Source: Basidiobolus meristosporus CBS 931.73
Taxonomy: Eukaryota; Fungi; Basidiobolomycota
DNA length: 36,094 nt
Reading direction: 5' to 3'
Assembly: GCA_002104905.1 (NCBI GenBank)
Contig: MCFE01000791.1
Span: 1 to 36,094, forward strand
The translations under genes were made by a program, and so were the position numbers. This document shows, in pieces, positions 34,801 to 36,094 of the stretch. The notes under the pieces were generated by a model that saw nothing but the letters and a program-made list of their open reading frames with translations, was not told where the DNA came from and did no database searches. Position 1 is the first letter of the stretch. Each line of letters opens with the position of its first letter.

Positions 34801-35340
34801 GGTTAGGGGGGGAGACAGTCACCAACAGGTGAAATCTTTATTTCAGTTGAAACAAAGAAGCCAGCGCTACTGTTGTAGCTTTGATACAAGAGTGTGTAGC
34901 TGAGGGGAATTTGTAGGTAAGTTAATAAGAAGTGATGATAGTTCTTCAGTGCTCAAGACACTGTTCAGTGGGAAGGGGGGTAGCAAGAGAGGTAAGAATG
35001 ACTTGTGAACAACATTAATGAGGGGAATGTGATAAGGATTGATATTCATCATAAAGGGAGTGTGCTGCTGCAGATATTGCTGCCAAAGGTCTGTCAAGTA
35101 CTTCAGGTAGGCCAGCTTGGGTTTTTCTGACTGCAGAATATAGTGAGCAAACTTCTTGACTTCAGGATCTCCAAGTATAGTTCTCCAGCAGGAGCCAGGT
35201 GTTGTGTGATGTGTTCTCTTCCAGGCCTTAATCAGTGGGTTGTTGCAGTTGTGAAGTCTGAGGTATAATCTGGTTCTAAGGTAGAGAAGTCTGATCTTAT
35301 AGGCATAAACCCAAAAGCACCAAGAATAGCATGTCTGTAG
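34801..35340 (-). mobile_element. Non-LTR unit U5: 540-bp 3' fragment of LINE family A
   Basis: Near-identical to 32626-33165. Confidence 0.9.
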
Positions 35341-36094
35341 GGTTAGGGGAGGGAAAGTCACCAAGGTAGGTGAAATCTTTATTTGATTTCAGACAAGTCT
35401 AACTACAAATAAAGAAGCCAGCTGGGAATAGAAGATTCCCAAAGTAAACACTAAGTTGAATATGAATAAATCTAAGCTAAAGTTAAGGCAGTATCCCAGA
35501 GTACACTGGAGTTCAGGTTCATGGGGGAGTGAAGTAGATAAGCTTGAGAGATATAATAATCTTTGAGGAAGTGGGTAACAGCAGGTGAAGGGGAGTTTTT
35601 GATAAGTGAAGTGAATCTTGAGAGCAGAGATTCCTCTAATGAGAAGGTCTTGTAAACTGGAGAATCAGGAAACTCTTTAAAGGCATGGTCAGTAGGTTCC
35701 CAGTAAAACTGGTCAGAGACATTTTGAGAGAATTGTTTAGCAATACTTTTGTCAAGTACTACCTCCAGAGTGTGATGGTTGATAAATCTCATGTTAACAA
35801 TCTTGGATAAATTGTAACCTTGTTGCTTGAGATACATCCTATGCTCAGATATAGGAATAAACTCCACATTGGCAAAGTAGCAGACAGCCCAGTCAGTAGC
35901 AGGAGGCAAATCAGAAGTGGCAGGAAACTTTCTTTTAGTCTTGGGAGGAGCAGCAGGATGTCTTGAGGAAGCAGGAACAGACTTTTTGACAGCTTCAGAG
36001 TAGGAAGAGTGAGCAGGAGCAGATGATTCTTGGGGAGTCTTGTTGGCAGGAAGAGTTGGCACAGGGACAATAGATTCTTGCAGATCAGAGAAGG
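35341..36094 (-). mobile_element. Non-LTR chain unit U6: ORF1-only element (ORF 35472 to beyond the window edge) directly followed by the shared 3' tail
   Basis: DWAVCYFANVEF..YNLSKIVNMRF..TLEVVLDK aligns with U2 ORF1. The stop is only ~130 bp from the tail, leaving no room for ORF2. Confidence 0.7.

Noticed and set aside
28499-36094. CRISPR-like or prokaryotic retron/DGR interpretation of repeated motifs plus RT
   Set aside because: The repeats are element termini kilobases apart, the RT is LINE-type with APE motifs, and the window is eukaryotic (introns, U6).

Overview
This is eukaryotic, almost certainly fungal, genomic DNA. Short GT-AG introns, a U6 snRNA and the CAP-protein style hint at an early-diverging lineage such as Zoopagomycota, but the taxon is inference only. 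Layout: (1) 1-2.1 kb, CpG-eroded repeats including Ty1/copia LTR and RNase H remnants. (2) 2.1-15.9 kb, CpG-rich gene space with a secreted CAP/SCP protein, an 89-aa orphan, a P1B Cu-ATPase (four HMA domains, one frame break), a 3-exon mitochondrial-targeted helical-repeat protein, U6 snRNA, a bacterial-type DUF3291 pseudogene and a frame-broken secreted protein. (3) 15.9-18.1 kb, a nest of the same copia LTRs. (4) 18.5-28 kb, five co-oriented, near-identical KP4 killer-toxin-like genes separated by diverged spacers. (5) 28.5-36.1 kb, a head-to-tail chain of six co-oriented non-LTR retroelement units: LINE pieces, a tRNA-headed SINE-like unit and an ORF1-only unit. All six lack poly(A), share a 3' hairpin/C-tract tail and are joined through short TTAGGG-type repeats. 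The telomeric-repeat-linked retroelement chain and the KP4 array are the most interesting systems. All alignments and counts were done by eye; no database searches were run.
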